Shown here: in pieces, positions 28,751 to 39,045 of the stretch | Layout: every line of letters begins with the position of its first letter | Position numbering within the stretch: position 1 is the stretch's first letter | The notes under the pieces: generated by a model | What the model was told of the DNA's origin: nothing | Database searches by the model: none | Seen by the model: only the letters and a program-made list of their open reading frames with translations | DNA from: Verrucomicrobia bacterium Ga0077533 | Lineage (GTDB): Bacteria; Verrucomicrobiota; Verrucomicrobiia; Opitutales; Opitutaceae | NCBI GenBank assembly: GCA_001464505.1 | Contig: LNEH01000121.1 | Coordinates: 8,886 to 72,885 of the forward strand | Direction of reading: 5' to 3' | Length of the DNA: 64,000 nucleotides | Position numbers and translations under genes: made by a program

Positions 28751-29724
28751 GCGCGCTTTCCAAAACATTGGACTTGGATCTGCGCGAGGCCCGGTGGAAC
28801 GAGTTCGTGGCCACGGTCCGCCCGCGGCTGACACCGGAAACCAGGCTGGCCGAACGGGAGGTGCTCGCCCCGAAGACGACCATGCGCGTCGGCGGCCCGG
28901 CGCGGGTCTATGCCGAACCGGCGACGACGGAGGAGTTGCGGCAGCTGCTGGTTGAGGCAAACCACCGCGGTCTGCCGGTCTTCCTCCTCGGGCGCGGCTC
29001 AAACCTGATCATCCCGGACGAGGGCGTGGATGGCCTGGTCATCTGCCTGGCGCATGAGAGCTGGCAGAAGTTCGAGGTGAGGACCGGCGGCCAAGTCTGG
29101 GCCGGGGCCGGATTGCGTCTGAAGAATTTGTGCGGTCTTGCGACCAAGGCCGGACTCAAGGGTTTTGAATTTCTTGAGGGCATTCCGGGCTCCGTCGGGG
29201 GCGCCTTGCGGATGAATGCCGGCGCCATGGGCGGCTGGATGTTCGATGTCGTCGAGGAAGTTCACCTGCTGAGCCTCGCCGGCGAATTGCGCGTGATGAA
29301 CAAATCCGAGATGCACGTGGACTACCGGCATTGCGCGGAATTGCACGACGCCATCGCGCTCGGCGCTCTCCTGAAGCCGGCCGCGATCGCGGAGTCCGGC
29401 GACATCCGCCGGCAGATCGATGTTTACCAGAAAAAGCGGGTCGAGTCCCAGCCGCGCGAGCCGAGCGCGGGGTGCATCTTCAAGAATCCGCCGGGTGCCT
29501 CCGCCGGCCGGCTCATCGACGAACTCGGGCTCAAGGGCACGCGGGTGGGGGACGCCGAGGTCTCGCCGGTGCACGCGAATTTCATCGTCAACCGCGGCCA
29601 TGCGACCAGCGCCGACATCATCAGGCTCATCCGCCAGATCCGCGCCCGGGTGAAAAGCGCCCGGGGCATCGACCTCGAGCCCGAGGTGCTGCTCTACGGA
29701 CAGGAATGGAGGGACGTCTTATGA
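28747..29724 (+). CDS. murB: UDP-N-acetylmuramate dehydrogenase
   Basis: VGGPA, GRGSN, GIPGSVGG, SAGCIFKNP, HANFIVN. Confidence 0.96.
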   Translation: MSALSKTLDLDLREARWNEFVATVRPRLTPETRLAEREVLAPKTTMRVGGPARVYAEPATTEELRQLLVEANHRGLPVFLLGRGSNLIIPDEGVDGLVICLAHESWQKFEVRTGGQVWAGAGLRLKNLCGLATKAGLKGFEFLEGIPGSVGGALRMNAGAMGGWMFDVVEEVHLLSLAGELRVMNKSEMHVDYRHCAELHDAIALGALLKPAAIAESGDIRRQIDVYQKKRVESQPREPSAGCIFKNPPGASAGRLIDELGLKGTRVGDAEVSPVHANFIVNRGHATSADIIRLIRQIRARVKSARGIDLEPEVLLYGQEWRDVL

Positions 29725-29851
29725 ATTTTGGATTTTTCGCCGTTGCCCGCTGCTGCGGGCCCGGTGTTCGTCCCGGCCGTCGCCGGGCGAAGATTTACGA
29801 TTTTCGATTGGGCGCAGACTTGAATGCCGGGGCGATAGGGAGGCTTACACC

Positions 29852-30784
29852 ATGAATGCCCCCATCATCGCGGTCTTGGCGGGCGGCACGTCGCCTGAGC
29901 GCGAGGTTTCGCTCGGCTCGGGCAAGGCGGCCGCATTGGCCATGGCCTACACCCATCCCACGCAGTTCTTCACCGTGGAGGCGGACGCCTTGCCGGAGGG
30001 ACTCGACCCGGCCCGGCACATCGTCTTCTCGACCCTGCATGGCATTTTCGGCGAGGACGGCGGCATGCAGCGGTTGCTGGAGTCGGCTGGCGTGGCCTAC
30101 GCCGGTTGCGACGCCAAGGGCAGCGATGTTTGCTTCGACAAGTGGCGCACGCGGCAGTGTGTGTCGGCCCAGGGCGTGCAGGTGGCTCCGGGCCGGTTGT
30201 TCCAGGCGCCCGCCAAGCCCGCCGCCGCGGCGCTCACGGCGGAGTTTGGCGAGCAGGTCGTGCTCAAGCCCAACCGGCAGGGCAGCAGCGTCGGCTTGCA
30301 GGTCACGACGTCCCAGGCCGGGCTGGAGGTCGCGCTGGGCGGCATCCGGCAGGGTGAATGGATCGCGGAGAAACGCATCCTGGGGCGCGAGCTGACGGTC
30401 GGCCTGCTGCGCGGCCGGGCGATGGGCGTCGTCGAGATCGTGCCGAAGTCCGGCGTCTTCGACTACACCAGCAAATACACCAAGGGTCTGACCGAGTATT
30501 TTGCCCCGGCGCAGATCTCGGCCGAGCTGGCCGCGGCCGCGCGGACGGCCGCCGAGACCGCCTTTGCCGCGTGCGGTTGCCGCGACTACGCGCGGGTGGA
30601 CTTCATGCTCTCGAACGACGGCGAGCTGTATTTGCTCGAAATCAACACGCTGCCCGGCATGAAGGAGACGAGCCTGTTGCCGATGAGTGCGCGTTGCGTG
30701 GGGCTGGATTTTATCGCGTTGTGCCGCGAGCTGGTGGCCCCCGCCGTCGAACGATTCGCCCTGGCTCGCCCTTTGCGGAAATGA
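29852..30784 (+). CDS. ddl: D-alanine--D-alanine ligase
   Basis: GGTSPEREVSL, LHGIFGEDG, GSSVG, EINTLPG. Confidence 0.95.
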   Translation: MNAPIIAVLAGGTSPEREVSLGSGKAAALAMAYTHPTQFFTVEADALPEGLDPARHIVFSTLHGIFGEDGGMQRLLESAGVAYAGCDAKGSDVCFDKWRTRQCVSAQGVQVAPGRLFQAPAKPAAAALTAEFGEQVVLKPNRQGSSVGLQVTTSQAGLEVALGGIRQGEWIAEKRILGRELTVGLLRGRAMGVVEIVPKSGVFDYTSKYTKGLTEYFAPAQISAELAAAARTAAETAFAACGCRDYARVDFMLSNDGELYLLEINTLPGMKETSLLPMSARCVGLDFIALCRELVAPAVERFALARPLRK

Positions 30785-31761
30785 ACCCCGTTGCCGACAA
30801 CTCCCCGCTGCCTCCGGGCCGCTCCTGGCGCCATATCCGCCAGGAGGTGAAGCCGCTGGCCATGTCGCGCCAAGGTCGTCGGCGGCAATTGGCGGCGTGG
30901 CTCAAGGTGGGCGCGCTGGCCGCCTTCGTCGTCGGTTCAGGTTGGGGGGTTTACGCTTTCGCCCGCTCCTGGGCCACCGATCGGGCGGCGCTGGCCACCG
31001 CGGTGCACAGTGAACCGGTGCGCGAGGTCGTCCTCATCACCGACGGTGTGCTGACCCGGGACTGGACCGTGCAGAGACTGGCCCTGCCCAAGGCGGCGAG
31101 CCTGATGGTGCTCGACCTGCCGGCGCTGCGCGACCGGCTGCTCGCCAGCGGCCAGGTGCGGGTCGCGGTGCTGACGCGCGATTTCCCCGACACGCTGGTG
31201 GTCACGTTGCAGGAACGCACTCCGGTGGCCCGCGTGCAGGCGGCCGACAGCCAAGGCGTGGCGAAACAGCTCTTGGTGGCGAAAGACGGCGTGGTTTATG
31301 ACGGCATAAACTGCGACCGGGAAATGCTGGCCCGGCTGCCCTGGCTCGACGGCATCCGGCTCGTGAAATCCGGAAACGGCTTCGAGCCGGTCGCGGGCAT
31401 GGCCGAGGTGTCCGCCCTGCTCTCCACGGCGCAACTGCAGGCGCCCCACCTCTACCGCGAGTGGCTCATCGTGTCGCTGGCGCGCCTCGCCGGGCGCGAC
31501 GAGATCGTGGTGAAGGCGCAGGAGGTGCCGGAAATTGTCTTCAGCCGGAAGCGCGACTTCTACAAGCAGATCGCCCAGCTCGACAGCGTGATTGACGCCG
31601 CGCACCGTCTCGAAACCGTGCCGGCACTGCTGTCGGTGAACCTCGCGCTGGAGGGCCAGGTGCCCGTGCGGCTGCAGGGCACGCCCGACGAACTGGCCGC
31701 GACGCCCGCCCCCGTTTTTTCAATCCAACCCTTACCACGGAAAACGAAGCGTGATTTCTAA
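30781..31761 (+). CDS. ftsQ: FtsQ/DivIB
   Basis: TM plus POTRA-like RDFPDTLVVTLQERTP; position in cluster. Confidence 0.85.
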   Translation: MNPVADNSPLPPGRSWRHIRQEVKPLAMSRQGRRRQLAAWLKVGALAAFVVGSGWGVYAFARSWATDRAALATAVHSEPVREVVLITDGVLTRDWTVQRLALPKAASLMVLDLPALRDRLLASGQVRVAVLTRDFPDTLVVTLQERTPVARVQAADSQGVAKQLLVAKDGVVYDGINCDREMLARLPWLDGIRLVKSGNGFEPVAGMAEVSALLSTAQLQAPHLYREWLIVSLARLAGRDEIVVKAQEVPEIVFSRKRDFYKQIAQLDSVIDAAHRLETVPALLSVNLALEGQVPVRLQGTPDELAATPAPVFSIQPLPRKTKRDF

Positions 31762-32965
31762 CAGCAGCAGAATCGTGGCGGCCGTCGAAATCGGCACCGG
31801 CAAAATCGCCGTGCTCGTGGGTGAAATCACCCGCGGGCGCAGCCTCAACCTCATCGGCGTCGGCGTGGCCCCGTCCCGCGGCGTGCTCAAGGGCGAGGTC
31901 GTCGATTACAAGGCCGCCTGCGAGGCGACCCACCACGCGCTCGAGACGGCCGAGAAGCGCGCCGGCGCCCGCATCGAGGAAGTGTGGCTCGCCCAGACCG
32001 GCGCGCACCTCGACGCCTTCTACAACGAGGCGTCGGTCAACGTGAAGTCCGCCGACAACACCGTGACCGCGCTCGACATCGCCTCGGTCTGCGCCCTCGC
32101 CAAGGAGAAGGAACTGCCCGCCGGCCGCTCCCGCATCCACGAGATCCGCCGGCCGTTCCGGCTCGATGGACGCGCCGTGCCGGACCCCGAACACCTGACC
32201 GGCCGCCGGCTGGAGGTCGGTTACTGGATTGTGCATGGGCCGGAGAGCAAGATCAGCGACAACATCCATGTCGTGGGCGGTTATCATTTGGAGGTGCGCG
32301 AGCTCGTCCTCGCCAGCCTCGCCAGCGGCTCGCTGCTGACCAGCGCCGAGGAACGCGCCCAGGGTGTCCTGGTGATCGACATCGGCAAGGGTGTCACCGA
32401 CTACGTGCTTTACCGCGCCGGCCATGTGCTGGTCACCGGCACGCTGCCGGTGGCGGGTGACCACCTGACCAATGACCTCAGCATCGGCCTGCGCGTCACC
32501 CCGGCCCAGGCGGAGATGCTCAAGCTGCGCCACGCCCGTGCCACCACCCTCACCCGCGACAAGACCGACAAGGTCTGGCTCAACGGCGACGCCTCGTTCG
32601 GCGACCGCCAGCTCCCCAAGATGGCCATCGAGACCATCGCCTCCGCCCGCATCCTGGAACTGCTGGAAGTGGTGCGCCAGAAACTGGGCCCCGCCTTTGT
32701 GCCCGAACACTGCGGCGCCGGCGTTGTCCTTGCCGGTGGCACGGCCAAACTGCCCGGCATCGAGGACGCGGCCGCGCGGGTCTTCGGTCTGCCGGCCCGC
32801 GGCGGCGAACCGCCGGGTTGGGTGAAGGACGAGCTCAAGGACCCGATGTTCAGCACGGTGCTGGGCGTATTCCAATTCGGCCTGCGCGCCGCCCACGAGC
32901 ACACCGTGCCGCGCCGCAAGACCGGACTGCTGAGCAACCTCACGAAAATCTTCGCCGCCTCCTGA
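31751..32965 (+). CDS. ftsA: Cell division protein FtsA
   Basis: EIGTGKI, VIDIGKG, GDHLTNDL, VLAGGTAKLPG. Confidence 0.93.
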   Translation: MISNSSRIVAAVEIGTGKIAVLVGEITRGRSLNLIGVGVAPSRGVLKGEVVDYKAACEATHHALETAEKRAGARIEEVWLAQTGAHLDAFYNEASVNVKSADNTVTALDIASVCALAKEKELPAGRSRIHEIRRPFRLDGRAVPDPEHLTGRRLEVGYWIVHGPESKISDNIHVVGGYHLEVRELVLASLASGSLLTSAEERAQGVLVIDIGKGVTDYVLYRAGHVLVTGTLPVAGDHLTNDLSIGLRVTPAQAEMLKLRHARATTLTRDKTDKVWLNGDASFGDRQLPKMAIETIASARILELLEVVRQKLGPAFVPEHCGAGVVLAGGTAKLPGIEDAAARVFGLPARGGEPPGWVKDELKDPMFSTVLGVFQFGLRAAHEHTVPRRKTGLLSNLTKIFAAS

Positions 32966-32967
32966 CC

Positions 32968-34251
32968 ATGAGCCTCCCGCCGAACGAACTTCCCCTCGAG
33001 GCCCTGACCGACCGCAACGTCGGCATCAAGCTCATCGGCGTGGGCGGCGGCGGCTCCAACGCCATCGACCGGCTCAAGATGGAGAACCTCGACCGTCTCC
33101 AGCTCGCGGTCATCAACACCGACTTCAAGGCCATCAGCACCTCCCCGGTGCTGGACAAGATCCTCATCGGCACCTCGCTCACCCGCGGCCTGAGCGCGGG
33201 CGGCGACCCCGAGCTGGGGCGCAAGGCGGCGGAGGCCGACGCCGACAAGATCGCCGAGATCGTCAAGGGCACCGACCTGGTGTTTCTTGTCGCCGGCTTG
33301 GGCGGCGGCACCGGTTCCGGGGCCACCCCGGTCATCGCGGAGATCGCGGCCGAGGCGGGCGCGGTGGTCATCGCGTTCGTCACCCTCCCGTTCAGCTTCG
33401 AGGGCGGGCGCCGGCGCAAGCAGGCCGAGGAGGCCCTCGCCGAATTGCGGCGCGTGTGTGATGCCGTCATCCCGCTCGCCAACGATGTGCTTCTGCAGGA
33501 AGGCACGGAGCAGACCAGTGTGCTCGATTCCTTCGCCCGCGCCGACGAGTGGGTCGGGCGCGGGGTGAAATCAATCTGGGCGATGCTCTCGCGCACCGGC
33601 CTCATCAATGTGGATTTCACCGCATTGCGCCAGGTCTTCCAGCACCGCGGCGGCAAGACCCTCTTCGGGCTCGGGGTCGGCACCGGCGAGAATCCCGCGT
33701 CGGCCGCGCTCGCCGATCTCAGGCAATGTCCGCTGCTGCACACCCCGGAATACGCCCGCAAGGCCGACCGCCTGCTCGTCAACATCACCGGCGGGGCCGA
33801 CTTGAGCCTGACCAAGGTCAAGGAGCTGATGTCCGCCCTGACCGACGAGTTTGGCCACGACGCTCACGTCGTCATGGGCGCCGCGATTGACGAGGCGCTG
33901 CAGGGCCGCGTCGAGATCTGCCTCATCGGCACGACCGACCTCGGCAGCCGCAACTTCACCCGCCGCCCGGCCCCCGCGCCGCTCCGCAAAACCTCCGAGC
34001 GCACCACCGGCCCGACCGCGACCTCCTCGGCGCCGGAAAGCAACCAGAACGTCAAGACCTCGGTCAGTCCCACGCCGTCGCGCGTCCCGGCGGCCACGCA
34101 TACCGCCAAGCCCACGCAGGAGGAATTCGGTTTCCAAGGCGCGCCGGCCGAGAACCGCGGCACCTTTGACAAGTCCGACCGCAACCTTTTCGAGGGCCAG
34201 GATCTCGACGTGCCGACCTACCTCCGCAAGGGCATCAAGGTCACGGTCTGA
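32968..34251 (+). CDS. ftsZ: Cell division protein FtsZ
   Basis: GVGGGGSN, GLGGGTGSG, C-terminal LDVPTYLR. Confidence 0.96.
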   Translation: MSLPPNELPLEALTDRNVGIKLIGVGGGGSNAIDRLKMENLDRLQLAVINTDFKAISTSPVLDKILIGTSLTRGLSAGGDPELGRKAAEADADKIAEIVKGTDLVFLVAGLGGGTGSGATPVIAEIAAEAGAVVIAFVTLPFSFEGGRRRKQAEEALAELRRVCDAVIPLANDVLLQEGTEQTSVLDSFARADEWVGRGVKSIWAMLSRTGLINVDFTALRQVFQHRGGKTLFGLGVGTGENPASAALADLRQCPLLHTPEYARKADRLLVNITGGADLSLTKVKELMSALTDEFGHDAHVVMGAAIDEALQGRVEICLIGTTDLGSRNFTRRPAPAPLRKTSERTTGPTATSSAPESNQNVKTSVSPTPSRVPAATHTAKPTQEEFGFQGAPAENRGTFDKSDRNLFEGQDLDVPTYLRKGIKVTV

Positions 34252-34292
34252 GCAGCACTTGACATAGGAACTGTGTGGAGCACTGTGTGGCT

Positions 34293-34493
34293 GTGCCTAC
34301 AAACCTTGAGATTGACGACCGGCTGCTGGCCAAGGCCCAGAAGGCAGGAGGACACCGGACCAAGAAGGCCACGGTGAACGAAGCGCTGGCCGAGTATATC
34401 CAGCATCGCCAGCAGCGCGAAGTGACCAAGCTGTTTGGCACGGTCGTTTTTGAACCGACCTTTGATTACAAAGCCGAGCGGGCCAAGCGATGA
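34293..34493 (+). CDS. vapB: VapB-type antitoxin
   Basis: TNLEIDDRLL...TKKATVNEAL RHH-like; overlaps the PIN gene; TTGACA at 34259. Confidence 0.85.
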   Translation: MPTNLEIDDRLLAKAQKAGGHRTKKATVNEALAEYIQHRQQREVTKLFGTVVFEPTFDYKAERAKR

Positions 34494-34900
34494 AAGTATT
34501 GGCGGATACGCCGGTGTGGTCGGCGGCTTTTCGCCGGGTCGAAGGACAAGCTTCGACTTTGCGGACGGAACTCGAATGGCTGGTCGCCAATGGCGCCGTG
34601 ACCATCATGGGTCCGATCCGGCAGGAACTGCTTTCGGGCATTCGCGGGAAAGAGCCATACGAACAGGTGCGGGGTGCCTTGCGCAGCTTTCCCGACCTCA
34701 CGCTTGAAACCGCCGATTTCGAGACGGCCGCCGAGTATTACAACATCTGCCGGAGCAAGGGAGTCCAGGGGTCGCTGACGGATTTCCTGATCTGTGCCGT
34801 CGCGGCCAGGCGGCAATTGGATATTTTTACCACCGACGGCGACTTTCAACATTACCGGAAGCATCTGCCGATTGCGCTTTACGCCAGCGCCCAAGCCTAG
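34490..34900 (+). CDS. vapC: PIN-domain toxin
   Basis: VLADTPVW, QELLSG, DFLICA, TTDGDF. Confidence 0.9.
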   Translation: MKVLADTPVWSAAFRRVEGQASTLRTELEWLVANGAVTIMGPIRQELLSGIRGKEPYEQVRGALRSFPDLTLETADFETAAEYYNICRSKGVQGSLTDFLICAVAARRQLDIFTTDGDFQHYRKHLPIALYASAQA

Positions 34901-34912
34901 ACTCATAGCCCG

Positions 34913-35944
34913 ATGTTCATCGACGAGACCTCCATCAAGGCGCGCGCGGGCGACGGCGGCCGCGGCTGCTCCAGCTTCCGGCGCGAGAAATATGAGCCGT
35001 GGGGCGGGCCCAACGGCGGCGACGGCGGCAAGGGTGGCGACGTGATCCTGCGGGGTGACGACGACCAGAACAACCTCGTCGACTTCAAGTTCAAGCCGCA
35101 TTGGAACGGAGAACGCGGCGAGCACGGGCAGGGTGCGGACTGCAACGGCCGGGAAGGCCGGCCCGCCATCCTCCGCGTGCCGCTCGGCACCGTGGTCTAC
35201 CGGCGCGCTACCGGCGAAAAGGTGGTCGAGATCCTCGAGGACCATCAGGAATTCGTCCTGCTCAAGGGGGGCAAGGGCGGCTTCGGCAATACCCGCTTCA
35301 AGTCGTCCGTCACCCGGGCTCCGCGCAAGACCGGCCCGGGCGAGCCGGGTGAAACCGGTGAATTCCGGCTCGAGTTGAAGAGCATCGCCGATATCGGCCT
35401 CGTCGGTTTCCCCAACGCCGGCAAGTCATCGCTGACCAACCTCATCACCAACGCACGGCCGAAGACCGCGCCCTATCCCTTCACCACGCTGCACCCGCAG
35501 ATCGGCGTCATCGAATACAAGGAGGACTACGAGCGCCTCGTCCTCGCCGACGTGCCCGGGCTCATCCCCGGGGCGGCCGAGGGCAGGGGACTCGGCCACC
35601 GCTTCCTCAAGCACATCGAGCGCTGCAAGCTGCTCCTGATCATCATCGACCTGGCGGGCACGGACAATCGCGACCCACGCGACGACTACAAGCAGCTCGT
35701 GAAGGAACTGGAGCTCTATGACAAGGCCCTGCTGGCCAAACCACGGCTGGTGGCGGCGAACAAAATGGACGAGCCGGCCGCAGTCGCCAACCTCGTGAAA
35801 TTCCGGAAACGCCACCCGAAGGTGGAATTGGTCCCGATCTCCTGCCTGTCCGAGGAGGGGATCCCGAAGCTCCGGAAGGAGCTCCTGAGGCGGGTGCGCA
35901 AATTGCGGGCCAAGGAAAAGAAGTCGCCAAGCCGGTCCCGTTGA
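34913..35944 (+). CDS. obgE: GTPase ObgE/CgtA
   Basis: GGPNGGDGG, GFPNAGKS, YPFTT, DVPG, NKMD. Confidence 0.97.
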   Translation: MFIDETSIKARAGDGGRGCSSFRREKYEPWGGPNGGDGGKGGDVILRGDDDQNNLVDFKFKPHWNGERGEHGQGADCNGREGRPAILRVPLGTVVYRRATGEKVVEILEDHQEFVLLKGGKGGFGNTRFKSSVTRAPRKTGPGEPGETGEFRLELKSIADIGLVGFPNAGKSSLTNLITNARPKTAPYPFTTLHPQIGVIEYKEDYERLVLADVPGLIPGAAEGRGLGHRFLKHIERCKLLLIIIDLAGTDNRDPRDDYKQLVKELELYDKALLAKPRLVAANKMDEPAAVANLVKFRKRHPKVELVPISCLSEEGIPKLRKELLRRVRKLRAKEKKSPSRSR

Positions 35945-35960
35945 GTAGATTAACCGGCAC

Positions 35961-36569
35961 ATGATGACGGAATACCGCCCCCTGCTGATGCGCGCCAACC
36001 GGCTGCTCGGTTCGGCGCTCATCGAGCACAACCTCGTGAAATTCGAGGACCTGGAAGCCGCCAATGAGCGCCTCCTGGAGGTCGCGGCCACCGGCCAGGT
36101 GCGGCAGAGTTCGGTGCTCAACATCCTCGTCAATGAAAAGAAGGTCCTGCGCGAGGAGGACGTGCTGCACCATGTCTACGATGTGCCGGACGATGTGCGG
36201 AAGGAGACCGACCTTGACGCCTGCTGGGCGACCTGGAGCGTGCCCTTCGACCGCGAGGAGGATTTCCATTTCATCGCCACCGCCTACTACCTGAGTCCGG
36301 CCGTGCGCTCATATTGGGAAAAGAAGCTCGGCGGCCAGATCATCTGGCAGGCCACCACGATGGAGATCATCGCCGATTTTCTCGACCGGTTGCACGCCGA
36401 GCGCGGCGAGGGCAAGAAAAGTGGCGGCACCCGGGTCCCATTCCCCGTCGCCGGCCCCGGAGGCAGCTCATCCCCGGTTCCGGGCGCAGGTGGTTCGCGC
36501 CCCCCGATGGGCGGCAGCGTTTCCCCGTTTCCCGTGCCCGGCGGCAGCAAGTCACCGATCGCCAACTGA
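35961..36569 (+). CDS. Hypothetical protein, possibly GspE N-terminal-like, with a Gly/Pro tail
   Basis: RLLGSALIEHNLV resembles MshEN/GspE N termini; upstream of the PilB-like ATPase. Confidence 0.6.
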   Translation: MMTEYRPLLMRANRLLGSALIEHNLVKFEDLEAANERLLEVAATGQVRQSSVLNILVNEKKVLREEDVLHHVYDVPDDVRKETDLDACWATWSVPFDREEDFHFIATAYYLSPAVRSYWEKKLGGQIIWQATTMEIIADFLDRLHAERGEGKKSGGTRVPFPVAGPGGSSSPVPGAGGSRPPMGGSVSPFPVPGGSKSPIAN

Positions 36570-36603
36570 CTGCAGTCGATTCCATGTCTCATTTCGCAAA
36601 AAT

Positions 36604-36659
36604 TGTAGCGGCGGTCTACCTGTCATCCGTAGCCTTGGCGAAGGATGATGACCGCTACA
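36604..36659. repeat. GTAG REP (family E) interrupted by a 30-bp family D element at 36619-36648
   Basis: TGTAGCGGCGGTCTA[CCTGTCATCCGTAGCCTTGGCGAAGGATGA]TGACCGCTACA; uninterrupted arm at 48790-48810. Confidence 0.8.
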
Positions 36660-36676
36660 GGCCAGCCAACTAAGCC

Positions 36677-38416
36677 ATGCCCCTCGGCCGCACCCAGACG
36701 CAGATCATCGACAAGCTCGAGGAGATGGGGAAACTCACCGCCGAGGCCAAGGGCGTGCTCCTGGCCCGCCCCGACGAGCCGACCGGAGATCAGCTCGATT
36801 CGATCCTCCAGACGGACCACCACATCACGATGTTCCAGCTGCTGCTGGCCAAGTGCCGCGCGCTGGGGCTGGCCCCGTTCAACGTCGCCCGCTACAAGGT
36901 CCACACCAGCACCTTTGAGAAGATCGACCTGGAGTTCTGCCAGAAGAACATGATCTTGCCGGTCGGCCAGGTGGGGGACTTCCTGCTCGTGGCCTTTGCG
37001 AACCCCTTTGACACGACCGTCGCGACCAAGATCCAGGACAAGACCGGCCAGCGCGTCGTCCGCCTGCTCGGCCGCGAGGTCGACATCCGCGAGAAACTCA
37101 AGAAGGACCAGGTGCACGACGAGGTGCAGTTTTCCGACGTCGTGGACCAGCTCGGCGCCCAGTTCGACGACGACGATACCGAGATCAAGGACGAGGACCT
37201 GGAGAACGAGGACTCGGCCCCGATCATCCAGCTCGCCAACCGCATCATCGAGGACGCCTACTTCGCCGGCACCTCCGACATCCACGTCGAGCCCTGGGAG
37301 AAGGAGATCGTCGTCCGTTACCGCATCGACGGCCTCACCCAGGAAAAACTCCGGCTCCCCGCCAAGGTCGCCGGCGCGCTCGTCGCCCGCCTCAAGATCA
37401 TGTGCAACCTGGACATCGCGGAACGCCGCCTGCCGCAGGACGGCCGCATCGTCTTCAAGCAGTATAACAAGAAGAACATCGACATCGATCTCCGCGTCTC
37501 CACCGCGCCGCTCAACCACGGCGAGGGCGTGGTCATGCGCATCCTCGACAAGCAGAAATCCACGCTGCCGCTGCCCGCGCTCGGTTTCACCGAGGCCAAT
37601 CTCGCCAAATACCGCGAGTGCATCCGCCAGCCCTATGGCATGATCCTGCACTGCGGCCCGACCGGCTCCGGCAAGTCCATGACCCTTTACTCGGCGCTCA
37701 ACGAGGTGAACACCCCCGACGTCGTCATCCGCACCGCCGAGGATCCGATCGAATACACGCTGCCCGGCATCAACCAGATGCAGATGCACCGGCACATCGG
37801 CCTCACCTTTGCCGCCGCGCTGCGCGCCTTCCTCCGGCAGGATCCCGACATCATCCTCGTGGGCGAAATCCGCGACAAGGAGACGGCGAACATCGCCGTC
37901 GAGGCTGCGCTCACCGGCCACATGCTCATCTCCACGCTCCACACCAACGACGCCCCCAGCACCGTCGCCCGCCTGACCGACATGGGCATCGAGCCGTTCA
38001 TGATCTCGTCCTCGCTGGTCTGTGTCTGCGCCCAGCGCCTGATGCGCCGCGTGTGCAAGGTCTGTCGCGTGGCCTACGAGCCCGAGGGCCGGGAGAAGGA
38101 TGTGCTGCTGCGCGGCATCGGGTGGAGCGGCCAGATCTACAAATCCAACCCCAAGGGTTGCTCGAAGTGCAACAGCACCGGCTTCAAGGGCCGCATCGGC
38201 ATCCACGAACTGCTCGTCAACAACGAGGAGATCATCGCCGCCATCAACCAGGAGGCCGAGACCGCCGAGTTGAAACGCCTCGCGATGAAGAGCGGCATGA
38301 AGACCCTCCATCAGGACAGCCTCGTCAAGGTCAAGGACGGCCTCTCCACGCTCGCCGAAGCGCTCAGCACCGTCCCGCAGGATATGGAACTCCGCGAGGG
38401 TGCCATCGAGCGCTGA
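36677..38416 (+). CDS. GspE/PilB family secretion/pilus ATPase
   Basis: [43 protein letters not shown], CxxC pairs. Confidence 0.95.
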   Translation: MPLGRTQTQIIDKLEEMGKLTAEAKGVLLARPDEPTGDQLDSILQTDHHITMFQLLLAKCRALGLAPFNVARYKVHTSTFEKIDLEFCQKNMILPVGQVGDFLLVAFANPFDTTVATKIQDKTGQRVVRLLGREVDIREKLKKDQVHDEVQFSDVVDQLGAQFDDDDTEIKDEDLENEDSAPIIQLANRIIEDAYFAGTSDIHVEPWEKEIVVRYRIDGLTQEKLRLPAKVAGALVARLKIMCNLDIAERRLPQDGRIVFKQYNKKNIDIDLRVSTAPLNHGEGVVMRILDKQKSTLPLPALGFTEANLAKYRECIRQPYGMILHCGPTGSGKSMTLYSALNEVNTPDVVIRTAEDPIEYTLPGINQMQMHRHIGLTFAAALRAFLRQDPDIILVGEIRDKETANIAVEAALTGHMLISTLHTNDAPSTVARLTDMGIEPFMISSSLVCVCAQRLMRRVCKVCRVAYEPEGREKDVLLRGIGWSGQIYKSNPKGCSKCNSTGFKGRIGIHELLVNNEEIIAAINQEAETAELKRLAMKSGMKTLHQDSLVKVKDGLSTLAEALSTVPQDMELREGAIER

Positions 38417-38469
38417 GCGGCCCGCCGCCCCGGGCTTGCCCCCGCGCGCCGACCGGGCCATCCGTCACC

Positions 38470-39045
38470 ATGAAACCCAAGGCCCTGCGCAAGAAGATCG
38501 CGAAGCTGGAGGATGCGCTCGTCACTCAGAACGAGCACCTGGCGGCACTCAAACGCCGTCTGCCCCCGGAGGTTGTGAAGGATTATTTTCTCTCCGGTCC
38601 GGACGGCAAGGTCCGGCTCTCCGAGCTGTTCCGCGGCAAGCGCGACCTCGTGGTCATCCATAACATGGGCCGCTCCTGCCGCTACTGCACGATGTGGGCC
38701 GACGGCTTCAACGGTCTGCGCCACCACCTGGCGAACCGCGCGGGCTTCGCCGTGGTGTCACCCGATGCGGTGCGCACCCAGCAGCAGTTTGCCCAAAGCC
38801 GGGGCTGGGAGTTTCCGTTTTATTCGGGCAAGGGCAGCACCTTCATCAAGGACATGGGTTACCTGCCCAGGCCGGGCGAGCCGATGCCCGGTGTCTCCAC
38901 CTTCCGGCGCAAGGGCGCGAAAATCTACCGCATCGCCACGGCGCCCTTCGGCCCGTTTGATCAATTCTGCGCGACATGGCCGCTCTTCGCCCTGCTCGAC
39001 GGCGGGGTGGGCGATTGGGCGCCGAAATACCGTTACGTTAAATGA
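38470..39045 (+). CDS. DUF899 thioredoxin-like protein
   Basis: LSELFRGKRDL, CRYC, PGVSTF. Confidence 0.8.
   Translation: MKPKALRKKIAKLEDALVTQNEHLAALKRRLPPEVVKDYFLSGPDGKVRLSELFRGKRDLVVIHNMGRSCRYCTMWADGFNGLRHHLANRAGFAVVSPDAVRTQQQFAQSRGWEFPFYSGKGSTFIKDMGYLPRPGEPMPGVSTFRRKGAKIYRIATAPFGPFDQFCATWPLFALLDGGVGDWAPKYRYVK

Noticed and set aside
34259-34900. vapBC modules (also 16037-16704) as integrated elements with att repeats
   Set aside because: No flanking duplication was visible, unlike the hicBA locus; treated as ordinary solitary TA modules.
36420-36560. Repeated PFPV/PVPG-GGS units as a mobile repeat
   Set aside because: Peptide-level low-complexity tail with no palindrome and no other copy in the window.
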